The notes under the pieces were generated by a model. That model had not been told where the DNA came from. It did no database searches and saw nothing but the letters and a program-made list of their open reading frames with translations. From Myxococcota bacterium (GTDB lineage Bacteria > Myxococcota_A > UBA9160 > UBA6930), in NCBI GenBank assembly GCA_965223415.1, contig OZ245002.1, positions 32,001 through 96,000 of the forward strand: a stretch of DNA of 64,000 nt, given 5' to 3'. The stretch's first letter is position 1, and each line of letters starts with the position of its first letter. Below are positions 48,116 to 56,503 of this stretch, piece by piece. Both the position numbers and the translations under genes were made by a program.

Positions 48116-49215
48116 GGACGCACCCGCTCGAGACGACCGGGGTCGGCCACCATCCACTGGGAACCCTGCCAGCTCCGCGCTGCGTCCTCGGCGAGGGCGG
48201 GTAGGGCCTGATCGAGGACGTGCTCCGGCGCGATGCGCGTCATGCAGCGGTGGTCGATCGGGCACTCGCGCTTGTAGCAGGGGCGACAGTCCACGTCGGC
48301 CATCAGCACGCTCACCCCTTCGAGGTTGAGATCGGTCTTCTCGAGTGCGGTGGAGCCCATCATCACCACGCAGGGCACGCCGAAGGCCACGGCCAGGTGG
48401 CGAGCGCCCGCGTCGTTGCACACCAGGAGCCGCGCCTCGCGCAGGAGTGCCTTCAAGCCGCCCAGCGAGAGCTCGCCGGCGAGGGCCGCGGCCGGCTCGT
48501 TCATGGCGGCGGTCACCTCCCCCACCAACGCCTGCTCCGCCGGTGTCCCCACCACCGCTACCCGCGCGCCGACCCGGGCCAGGGCATCGCCGACCGCGGC
48601 GAAGGAGGCAGCCGGCCAGCACTTCGAGGAGCCGTAGGAGGCGCCGGGGGCCAGCACCGCGTAGGGCCGCTCCGGGTCGATGCCTTCCTTCTCCAGCCGC
48701 GCGTGGGCCTCGCGCTCCTCCTCGGCGGTGACGAACAGCTCGAGGTGGGTGCCGCGCCGGTCACAGCCCAGCGCCTCGACCAGCCCGAGCACGTGGAGCT
48801 CCCGGGCGAGCATCAACCGGCCGCCGGATGCGGCCTTCGGCAGGGGCACCGCGCGGTGAAGGAGCGCCCGCCGCCAGCCGCGCTGGTAGCCGACGATCTC
48901 CCGCACACCGCCCAGCCGCATCAGCAGGGCGGACGAGAACGAGTCGGGAAGACACAGGCCCAGGTCGAAGCGGGTGCCCCGAAGACTGCGCGCCTCCCGC
49001 GCGAGGGCGAGCGCGCCCTGCCCGTAGGAGGACACGGGGGCGACGGCGTCGAACCAGGGCGCGCCGGAAGCCAGCGGCTCGAGACCGGATCGGACCTGGA
49101 GCGTGATGCGCGCCTCGGGAAAGCCGGCGCGCAGAGCCCGGAACCCCGGGGTCGCCATGATCCAATCGCCGGTCCAGTTCGGCCCCCGGACGAGAATTTC
49201 CTGAGGCTGGGTCAT
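48112..49215 (-). CDS. waaF: LPS heptosyltransferase II (GT9)
   Basis: RGPNWTGDWIMATP, PDSFSSA, APGASYGSSKCWP, CNDAGARHLA, CRPCYKRECP. Confidence 0.85.
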   Translation of the reverse strand: MTQPQEILVRGPNWTGDWIMATPGFRALRAGFPEARITLQVRSGLEPLASGAPWFDAVAPVSSYGQGALALAREARSLRGTRFDLGLCLPDSFSSALLMRLGGVREIVGYQRGWRRALLHRAVPLPKAASGGRLMLARELHVLGLVEALGCDRRGTHLELFVTAEEEREAHARLEKEGIDPERPYAVLAPGASYGSSKCWPAASFAAVGDALARVGARVAVVGTPAEQALVGEVTAAMNEPAAALAGELSLGGLKALLREARLLVCNDAGARHLAVAFGVPCVVMMGSTALEKTDLNLEGVSVLMADVDCRPCYKRECPIDHRCMTRIAPEHVLDQALPALAEDAARSWQGSQWMVADPGRLERVRP

Positions 49216-49241
49216 GGGTTACGGCCGGCCGAACCTACCAC
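49212..49241 (-). other. 9-aa micro-ORF (MVGSAGRNP) bridging the GT9 stop and the waaF start
   Basis: GTG overlaps the upstream TAG (GTGGTAG), with GGAGG 7 nt before it; its TGA overlaps the waaF ATG (ATGA). Confidence 0.4.
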
Positions 49242-50329
49242 TGGGCCCCCTCCCCCGCCAGAAGCTCCCGGGCTGCGGCGATCACAGAATCGGGGGTAAT
49301 TACCCTCATACAAGAGGCCGCAGCGCAGCCCCTGCGGCACGGATTGCACCCGATCTGGGCCCGGACCGTCCGCGAGGGGGTCGCCGGCGAGGGCTGGTTC
49401 TCGATCGGGTCGGTCGGGCCGATCAGCTGGACCGCCGGCGTCCCCACCAGGGACGCCACGTGGAGCGGACCGGTGTCGCCGCCCAGGTAGAGCCGACAGG
49501 CCTGGAAGAGTGCAGCCAGGTCCAGGAGGGTCGGCGTGTCCGGGGCCCGGCGGGCCGCCCCGACGGAGGCGGCCACCACCGCGTCGGCGAAGGCCCGGTC
49601 GTCCCGGGCGGGGCCGGCAGTCACCACGGCGGGCACGCCGTCCTTCGCGAGGGCGCGGGCGACCTCCCCATAGCCCTCGGCGGTCCAGCGCTTGTGGGCC
49701 GTGGTGTCGCTCGTCCCCGGGTGGATGGCGATCGGCGCCGGCCCGGGACCGAGGGCCTTCACCGCGCGCTTCACCCGCTCCGGCGAGAGGGCCAGGGGGC
49801 GATCGATCGGCCCCTCGGCCACGCCCAGGTAGCGAACCAGGGCCTCGTTGCGCTGGAAGCGGCTCTGGCGGGGCGGCGCCAGACACGCCCGCTCCGTCGC
49901 GAACCAGTGGGCGCCTTCCCGGGCGAAGGGCCGCGCGTAGCTGACCCTCCGGCGAGCCCCGGAGAGGAACGCGAGCGTCCCACTCTTCAGGATGGCGTGG
50001 AAGTCCACGACGAGATCGAAGTCCTCCGCCCGCAGGGCCCGCAGGAAGCCGCCGCCCTGGCGGAGCAGGCGATCCGGGCGGAGGCCGCGCAGGGCGGCCC
50101 GCAGCTCCGGCCGCGGGAACACCAGCACCTCGTCGAGCCAGGGCACGCCACCGAGGAGCGAGGCGGCGGGCGGCTCCACCAACCACGCCAGATGGGCATC
50201 CGGGTAGCCCCGACGCAGGGCTGAGGCCGCTGGCAGCGTGCGGACGACGTCGCCCACCGCACCGAGTCGCAGGATCAGGATGCGTTCCGCCGGCGCGGGG
50301 GCCCCCAGGGCGTTCGTGCAGGTGTGGAT
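49235..50329 (-). CDS. GT9 heptosyltransferase family protein
   Basis: RILILRLGAVGDVV, HPGTS..KRW, GDTGPLHVA; start uncertain (ATC 50329 after GAGGT, or CTG 50308). Confidence 0.85.
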   Translation of the reverse strand: MHTCTNALGAPAPAERILILRLGAVGDVVRTLPAASALRRGYPDAHLAWLVEPPAASLLGGVPWLDEVLVFPRPELRAALRGLRPDRLLRQGGGFLRALRAEDFDLVVDFHAILKSGTLAFLSGARRRVSYARPFAREGAHWFATERACLAPPRQSRFQRNEALVRYLGVAEGPIDRPLALSPERVKRAVKALGPGPAPIAIHPGTSDTTAHKRWTAEGYGEVARALAKDGVPAVVTAGPARDDRAFADAVVAASVGAARRAPDTPTLLDLAALFQACRLYLGGDTGPLHVASLVGTPAVQLIGPTDPIENQPSPATPSRTVRAQIGCNPCRRGCAAASCMRVITPDSVIAAARELLAGEGAQW

Positions 50330-50359
50330 GGCGACCTCGCGGGGGAAATCGGCGGTCGG

Positions 50360-50366
50360 TAGGATA
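50360..50366. promoter_or_regulatory. overlapping divergent -10 elements (lptF / GT9 operon)
   Basis: TAGGAT on + (50360-50365) and TATCCT on - (50361-50366) in a ~45-nt divergent gap. Confidence 0.45.
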
Positions 50367-50373
50367 CTCGCCC

Positions 50374-51513
50374 ATGCGGATCCCGCGCACCCTGTCGCTG
50401 TACGTCCTGCGCGAGCTGGGCCAGTACGCGGGCATCGGCTTGCTCGCCGTGGGCTCCGTGATGCTCTCCCAGCGCATCCTGCGCGAGCTGAACGACCTGA
50501 CGGGCATCGGCATCGGCTTGGCCGATACACTCCAGCTCCTGCTCTACCTGGGCGGCATGCTGGCCGCCTACGCCATCCCGGTGGCGTTCCTGTTCGGCAT
50601 CCTCGTCGCGGTGGGCCGCATGTCGTCCGACGCCGAGGTCACTGCCATGCGCGCCCTGGGCGTGAGCCTCACCCAGCTCGTCGTGCCGGTCGTGCTCGTC
50701 GCGGTACTGGTTTCGACCTCGACCGGCTGGCTGCTCAGCCGGGTCGAGCCCCAGGCCCGCCGCGACCTACGGGGCTTCCTCGGGGAGGTCGCCTCGCGGG
50801 GTGGCATCATCGAGGCCGGCGCATTCAACGAGCTCGACACCACGGGCCAGCGTCTGCTCTTCGTGGACGGACGCAACGAAGGCAACGAGCTCGAGGGCGT
50901 CCTGATCTCCGACCGTACCGATCCCGCCAAGCCCTTCACCGTCGTTGCCAACCGTGGCCGTTTCGACTTCGAGCGCCACACGGGCACCGCGGCGATCCGG
51001 CTGTTCGAAGGCGACATCCACTTCGAGCGCGAGGACGCAGGCGACAGCCGCTACCAGCGCATCTCCTTCCGCGAGTTCGAGTACGCCTTCGACCTCTCCG
51101 ACCTGGCGACGCCGGGCTTCGACCGCCTGCGCCCCCGGGAGATGACCGACGGCGAGATCCAGGGCGTGCTCCGCGTCTGGGACGAGACCGGCAAGCCACC
51201 CGACGGCGTGCGGGTGAAGAAGCGCGATCGCTACGAGATCCAGCTCCACCGCCGCCTCGCCCTACCGGTCGCGCCGCTCCTCTTCGCGCTCGTCGGGATC
51301 CCGCTGGGCCTTCAGCGCTCGCGCGGCGCCCGCTCCTGGGGCGTGCTGCTGTGCGTCGGTCTGGTGTTCGGCTACTACGCCCTGCTCTCGGCGGGCGAGT
51401 ACCTGGCGGAGGAGGGCCTGGCGCCCGCCGCCGCGTCCCTGTGGATCCCGAACCTGGTCTTCGCCGCCGTCGCCGCCATCCTGCTCTACCGCGCGCGACT
51501 CGCGGAGATCTGA
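50374..51513 (+). CDS. lptF: LptF/LptG family LPS export permease
   Basis: GRMSSDAEVTAMRALGVS, GAFNE, HRRLALP, GIPLG, WIPNLVF. Confidence 0.85.
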   Translation: MRIPRTLSLYVLRELGQYAGIGLLAVGSVMLSQRILRELNDLTGIGIGLADTLQLLLYLGGMLAAYAIPVAFLFGILVAVGRMSSDAEVTAMRALGVSLTQLVVPVVLVAVLVSTSTGWLLSRVEPQARRDLRGFLGEVASRGGIIEAGAFNELDTTGQRLLFVDGRNEGNELEGVLISDRTDPAKPFTVVANRGRFDFERHTGTAAIRLFEGDIHFEREDAGDSRYQRISFREFEYAFDLSDLATPGFDRLRPREMTDGEIQGVLRVWDETGKPPDGVRVKKRDRYEIQLHRRLALPVAPLLFALVGIPLGLQRSRGARSWGVLLCVGLVFGYYALLSAGEYLAEEGLAPAAASLWIPNLVFAAVAAILLYRARLAEI

Positions 51514-51523
51514 TCCCAGGCGA

Positions 51524-52360
51524 GTGACCGTCCCGCCGGGCTTCCGCGCCTTCTCCTCCGGCCCGGTGCGGCTGTGGGTACACGAGGCCTTCGCCGACGC
51601 GGTGCGGGTCCTGGGCTGGGAGGCGCCGGGCGCCCTCGACACCGCGATGGACACGACCGGCGACGCCGCGACGGGGCGGATGCCCATCGCCGTCGTCGCG
51701 CTCCCCGAGCGCGACGAGCGCATCGCCCTGCGCCGCCTCGTCCACGGCGGCCTGCTCGGCCCGCTCCTCGGCCGTGCCTACCTCGGCACCGGCCGCGCCA
51801 CCCGCGAGATCGCCGTCACCGCCGAGCTCCACGCCGCCGGCGCCCCGGTGCCGCGCCCCGTGCTCGCCGCGGCCGAGCGGCTCGTCGCCGCCTGGTTCAG
51901 CCTCGCCGTCGGCACGGTCTACGAGGAAGGCACCCGCGATGGTCTCTCCTGGCTCGAGTCCGACCCCGCCCCCGACCACCTCCTCGCCGTCGCCCGCGCC
52001 GCGGGCCGCGGCGTCCGCGCCTTCCACGACGCCGGCGGCCGCCACGCGGACCTCCACGTGAAGAACCTCCTCGTCCGCGAGGGCACTCCACCGGAGATCC
52101 TGGTGATCGACCTCGACCGCGCCCGCGTCACCCCCGGCCTCACCCCGGGCGAGCGCATGGCGCAGATCATGCGCCTGTTCCGGTCCCTGCTGAAACGCGA
52201 GGTGCTCGGCCGGGTGGGGAGCCGGGGCGTGGCGACGTTCTTCGGGGCCTACTGCGGTGAGGACCGGGCGCTGCGGCGAGCGCTGATGCAGCGCGTGGAC
52301 CGGGAGCTGCGCAAGGTGGCGGTGCATGCGTTGCGGTATCGGAAGCAAGAAGCGCCGTAG
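51524..52360 (+). CDS. Kdo kinase / LPS kinase (KdkA-like)
   Basis: RRLVHGGL, RATRE, PVPRPV, HADLHVKNLL, IDLD, RLFRSLLK. Confidence 0.8.
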   Translation: MTVPPGFRAFSSGPVRLWVHEAFADAVRVLGWEAPGALDTAMDTTGDAATGRMPIAVVALPERDERIALRRLVHGGLLGPLLGRAYLGTGRATREIAVTAELHAAGAPVPRPVLAAAERLVAAWFSLAVGTVYEEGTRDGLSWLESDPAPDHLLAVARAAGRGVRAFHDAGGRHADLHVKNLLVREGTPPEILVIDLDRARVTPGLTPGERMAQIMRLFRSLLKREVLGRVGSRGVATFFGAYCGEDRALRRALMQRVDRELRKVAVHALRYRKQEAP

Positions 52361-52667
52361 GCCGGGGGCGCGAGCAGTCCTTCGGATTCGACCCATCCCC
52401 GGACCGTCGGACCCGGCCGGACACGCAGGCCGAGCGTACGTACCGGTGGATCACGAATGCGATCGGCAGGAACGGCTCCGGAGGCGGACTGGCCGGCGAC
52501 TACGTCGCCGTGAGGCCTTCGGCCCGGTGATCGCGTTGATGGGCGACGCCCCGATGGGGATGGGCCCCGCGGCGGCGACCCGGCACCGATGAGCGTCGAG
52601 GTGGTCGAGGCGGTGATGCCGCGCTGACCGGCGACCCGGGGCCGCGAAGGCCTTGCCGACATGAGCC

Positions 52668-53273
52668 CTAGGGCACGAGAAGCTGCGCCAGGAAGTCCGC
52701 GTGCCGCTCGACGGCGGCGTCCGTCGTCGGGTCCATTCCGGTGAGGCGCTCGCACTCCGGGGCCACCGCGAAGATCACCGACGCCGCTCCGGCGAGCGTG
52801 TAATAGACGTGGGGCAGCAGCGCCGGGTCGAAGCCCTCGTCAAAGGTCGCGCCGCCGGGGAAGAAGCGGTTGTCGTAGACCGACCGCAGGTAGGTGTCGA
52901 CGATCCACTCCATGCGCGGCCCGCCCTGCTTGCCCTCCTCCACCATCATCTGGAAGAGCTCTGGATGGGCGGCTGCGTAGCGCACGAAGGTGCGGATCGA
53001 TTCGCGCGCCCGCTCGCGCGGCTCCGCGTCCTCGAGGGCGGCGAGCCGCTCCTCGAGCCGCGTGCGCAGGCTCTGGAAGATCTGGTCGGCCGCGGCCCGC
53101 CACAGCTCCTCCTTGCTGCGGAAGTGGTAGGTGATGAGGCCCTGGTTCGTGTCCGCGCGCTTGGCGATCTCCCGGGTGCTCGCGGCCTTGAACCCGAGCT
53201 CGGAGAAGGCAGCCGCCGCCGCATCCACGATGCGCTGGCGGGTCTCCTCGCGCTGCTCCGCTCGGCTGGCCAT
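52668..53273 (-). CDS. TetR/AcrR family regulator
   Basis: RIVDAA..FSELGFKAASTREIA..GLITYHFRSKEELW. Confidence 0.95.
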   Translation of the reverse strand: MASRAEQREETRQRIVDAAAAAFSELGFKAASTREIAKRADTNQGLITYHFRSKEELWRAAADQIFQSLRTRLEERLAALEDAEPRERARESIRTFVRYAAAHPELFQMMVEEGKQGGPRMEWIVDTYLRSVYDNRFFPGGATFDEGFDPALLPHVYYTLAGAASVIFAVAPECERLTGMDPTTDAAVERHADFLAQLLVP

Positions 53274-53285
53274 GGCTCGAATTTA

Positions 53286-53346
53286 TTCAGTTGACAAGCG
53301 AAAGGCAATGGCATACCGTGGTTTTCGCGCTGTTCAACTGACAAGC
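53286..53346. promoter_or_regulatory. two TetR-type operator sites and a sigma70 promoter
   Basis: TTCAGTTGACAAGC (53286-53299) and TTCAACTGACAAGC (53333-53346) with quasi-palindromic cores; TTGACA(53291)-17nt-TACCGT(53314). Confidence 0.75.
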
Positions 53347-53358
53347 CAAGGAGGCCCC

Positions 53359-53940
53359 ATGGTCGACAACCCGAAGCTTCCCGAGTTCGACGAGAGCTCC
53401 CCGCTGCGTCCGGCCCGCTTCAGCCACATCGTGCTGCGCTCGGCTCGGTACCAGGAGATGGTCGACTGGTACAAGACCTTCCTGAACGCGGAGCCGCTCT
53501 TCGAGAACGGCCGGGTCTGCTTCCTGACCTACGACGACGAGCACCATCGCCTGCTCGTCGGCCACGACCCGGACGCGAAGCCGCGCCCGGAGGACGTGGA
53601 AGGCGTGGGCCACTGGGCCTACCTGTTCAATGACTTGAACGAGCTCATGACCACGTACGAGCGGCTGAGGGGCGAGGGCTACGTCCCGAAGTACTCGGTG
53701 AACCACGGCTTTCAAGTCTCGATCTACTACCGCGATCCGGACAACAACGAGGTTGAGTTGGGCTGTGACGTCTTCGAGACCCGGCAGGAGATGAACGACT
53801 GGTTCGCCAAGGGCTACTTCCGCGACAACTTCTTCGGCTACGTGTTCGATCCGGACGAGGTGCTGAAGTGGCACCACGAGGGCGTGCCGGCGGCGGAGAT
53901 CTTCGATCGCACGTATCCGGTCGAAGCGAAGAGCGCATGA
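53359..53940 (+). CDS. single-domain VOC protein, BphC2/BphC3-type extradiol dioxygenase-like
   Basis: FSHIVL, CFLTYDDEHHR, GHWAY, NHG..SIYYRDPDNNEVEL; His/His/Glu metal ligands. Confidence 0.8.
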   Translation: MVDNPKLPEFDESSPLRPARFSHIVLRSARYQEMVDWYKTFLNAEPLFENGRVCFLTYDDEHHRLLVGHDPDAKPRPEDVEGVGHWAYLFNDLNELMTTYERLRGEGYVPKYSVNHGFQVSIYYRDPDNNEVELGCDVFETRQEMNDWFAKGYFRDNFFGYVFDPDEVLKWHHEGVPAAEIFDRTYPVEAKSA

Positions 53941-54554
53941 GCGGGGCCCGTCTCACACCGCTCTCCCCGGAACGGCTCGACCCCGATCAGCGAAAGCTCT
54001 ACGACGCGGTGCTCGCGAGCCCGCGCGGTCAAGGGCCGACGCGTCGCTTCATCCTCCGGGACGACGAGACGCTGACCGGCCCCTTCGACGCGCTGCTCCG
54101 CACGCCGGGCGTCGGTGCGCACATCGAGCGGGCCGGCATGGCCTTCCGCGAGGACACGGTCATGTCCGGGGCGGTCCGCGAGCTCACCATCCTGGTCGTC
54201 GCCCAGGCCTGGGGTGCCGAGTTCGAGTGGTGGATCCACAGCATGGTCGCCCAGGGCCAGGGCGTCTCCGCCGAGGCGATCGACGCGATCGGTCACGGGC
54301 GGCGCCCGGAGCTTCCGGATCCCGAGCAGCAGGCGGCGTACGAGGTCGCGCGGGAGCTCGTCCACGAGCGGAGGCTCGGGGAGGACACCCTCGCCCGGGC
54401 CAGGGAGGTCCTCGGCGAGCGGGCGACCGTCGAGGTCGTGACCCAGGTGGGCTTCTACCAGCTCGTCTCGGGCCTGCTCGAGAGCTTCCAGCCGCCGCCG
54501 CCCTCCGGCGACCTCGAGGTCACCGGTCCGCCGGTCACGGGACTCGTGGGATGA
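53937..54554 (+). CDS. carboxymuconolactone decarboxylase/AhpD-like protein
   Basis: GPFDALLRTP, RELTIL..AQAW.AEFEWWIH, VGFY; no CxxC. Confidence 0.8.
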   Translation: MSGARLTPLSPERLDPDQRKLYDAVLASPRGQGPTRRFILRDDETLTGPFDALLRTPGVGAHIERAGMAFREDTVMSGAVRELTILVVAQAWGAEFEWWIHSMVAQGQGVSAEAIDAIGHGRRPELPDPEQQAAYEVARELVHERRLGEDTLARAREVLGERATVEVVTQVGFYQLVSGLLESFQPPPPSGDLEVTGPPVTGLVG

Positions 54555-55276
54555 AGCGCCTGACCCTCACTTTCGACAACGGCCCGGACCCCTCCTGCAC
54601 GCCGCGGGTGCTCGACCTGCTCGGCGAGCGCGGGGTCAACGCGACCTTCTTCGTCTGCGGCCAGGGCAACAAGCTCCATCCCGCCGCCAAGGCTGGGGGC
54701 GACGGGGAACGCGCGATCCTCGAGCGCGCCCGGGCGGAAGGACACTGGATCGGCAACCACAGTCTGAGCCACACCCTCGAGCTCGGCACCACGCGCGACA
54801 AGGCGCGCATCGAGCGCGAGATCGCGGGCTGCGACGAGATCCTGGGCGACCTGAACGAGCATCGCCTGTTCCGCCCCTACATGGCGGGGGGTCAGTGGAC
54901 GAAGCGCATCTTCAGTCCGGAGGCCGTCGATCACCTGTGTCGCCACGGCTATACGACGGTGCTCTTCAACTGCCTGCCGCGCGACTGGGCGGAGCCCGAC
55001 GCGTGGCCCGAGGAGGCAATGCGCCAGATGGAGGCGCTCGACTGGGCCTGCCTGATCGTCCACGACGTGTCCCGCTACGGCAGCATGGACCACCTGGGGC
55101 GCTTCCTCGACGCGGTCGCCGAGCGCGACGTCCGGGTCGTGCAGGAGTTTCCGGACGATTGCGTGCCGATCCGGAACGGCCAGCTCGTCGGCGCCCTCGA
55201 CGAGATCCTGTGCGGCGATACGCCGGAGGAACCCCACCCGATCTCGGCGGCTTCGGTCGACCACGTGCACCCGTGA
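54551..55276 (+). CDS. polysaccharide deacetylase (CE4/NodB)-fold protein
   Basis: LTFDNGP, ATFFV, GNHSLSH, LFRP, LIVHD; no signal peptide. Confidence 0.85.
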   Translation: MKRLTLTFDNGPDPSCTPRVLDLLGERGVNATFFVCGQGNKLHPAAKAGGDGERAILERARAEGHWIGNHSLSHTLELGTTRDKARIEREIAGCDEILGDLNEHRLFRPYMAGGQWTKRIFSPEAVDHLCRHGYTTVLFNCLPRDWAEPDAWPEEAMRQMEALDWACLIVHDVSRYGSMDHLGRFLDAVAERDVRVVQEFPDDCVPIRNGQLVGALDEILCGDTPEEPHPISAASVDHVHP

Positions 55277-56502
55277 GCGCTCCGACCCGCATCCTGATCA
55301 TCGGCGGGGGGCCGGTCGGCCTCACGGCGTCGCTGCTGCTGTCCCAGCAGGGCATCCCGAACGTGGTCGTCGAGCGCCGCGACGAGAACCTGCGGGCGCC
55401 AGCGGCCCACGTGCTGCGACGAAGCCCGATGGAGGTCTTCGCGCGCATCGGCGTCGCCGACGACGTCGTGCGTGCGGCGCCCCACCTGCCGATCGACGCG
55501 ATCACCTGGTGCGCCACCTTCGGCGGCCCGGACATCGGGCACCTGGACGTCGCCGCGGGAAGCCCTTCGCCGTTGGACCAGGTCTGGACCAACTGCCCGC
55601 AGAACCTGCTCGAACCAATCCTCCTGGACCACGCGAAGCGGCGCCCGGAAGCCACGATCCTTCGCGGCATCGAATGCGCCGCACTCGAGCAGGAGCCCGC
55701 ATCCGTCCGCGCGACGATTCGGCATGCCGACGGGCGCGAGGAGACCCTCGAAGCCGCCTGGGCCATCGCCGCGGACGGGGCGGGAAGCCCGACCCGCCGG
55801 CGCCTCCACATCCCGATGGTCGGCGACGGGCCCCAGGGGCGCTTCTTCATGACCCACTTCCGGGCCGATCTGCGGCCCTGGCTCGAGGGGCGTTCAGGGC
55901 CGCTCTTCTGGATCATGAACCCGGAGTCGCCGGGCACCCTGATCGTGCACGAGCCCGAGCGCTCCCACGTCTTCATGACAGTGCAACGGGGCGAGGACGG
56001 CGAGAAGGACGGGCTCCCCGATCGCCTGCGCGCGGCGCTGGGCGTGGACGCACCGTTCGAGATCCTGTCGATCGACGCGTGGTCGCCGCACGTGCAGGTG
56101 GCCCTGCGCTACCGCGAGGGCCGTGTCTTCCTCGCCGGCGACGCGGCCCATCGCTTCCCGCCCTCCGGCGGGCTCGGCCTGAACACGGGCATCCTCGACG
56201 TCGACCATCTGTGCCATCGACTCGGCGAGGTCGAGGCGGGCCGAGCGGACGAGGCCAGCCTCGACCAGTACGAAGCGGCCTGCCGGCCCGCCGCCCAGGC
56301 GAACGCCGACGCGAGCTTCGGCAACCTCCGACGCCTCGCGGAGATCCCGAAGGTGCTCGGCCCCTGCGCCGACCTCCGGGCCCTCGAGGCGCGTCTCGCC
56401 TCCCTCTCGCCGGAGGAGCGCAAGGCCCTCGACGACGCGATCGAGCTGCAGCGCAGCCACTTCGTGTCGGACGGCGAGATCCCGCCGGATCCGCGCTGCT
56501 AG
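55273..56502 (+). CDS. FAD-dependent aromatic monooxygenase (PheA/TfdB family)
   Basis: IIGGGPVG, CPQNLLEPIL, AADGAGS, GRVFLAGDAAHRFPPSGGLGLNTG. Confidence 0.9.
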   Translation: MSAPTRILIIGGGPVGLTASLLLSQQGIPNVVVERRDENLRAPAAHVLRRSPMEVFARIGVADDVVRAAPHLPIDAITWCATFGGPDIGHLDVAAGSPSPLDQVWTNCPQNLLEPILLDHAKRRPEATILRGIECAALEQEPASVRATIRHADGREETLEAAWAIAADGAGSPTRRRLHIPMVGDGPQGRFFMTHFRADLRPWLEGRSGPLFWIMNPESPGTLIVHEPERSHVFMTVQRGEDGEKDGLPDRLRAALGVDAPFEILSIDAWSPHVQVALRYREGRVFLAGDAAHRFPPSGGLGLNTGILDVDHLCHRLGEVEAGRADEASLDQYEAACRPAAQANADASFGNLRRLAEIPKVLGPCADLRALEARLASLSPEERKALDDAIELQRSHFVSDGEIPPDPRC

Positions 56503-56503
56503 G

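Noticed and set aside
52364..52392. GGGGGCG...GGATTCGAC resembling a tmRNA 5' end
   Set aside because: The spacing is too long and no T-arm/acceptor 3' end with CCA follows.
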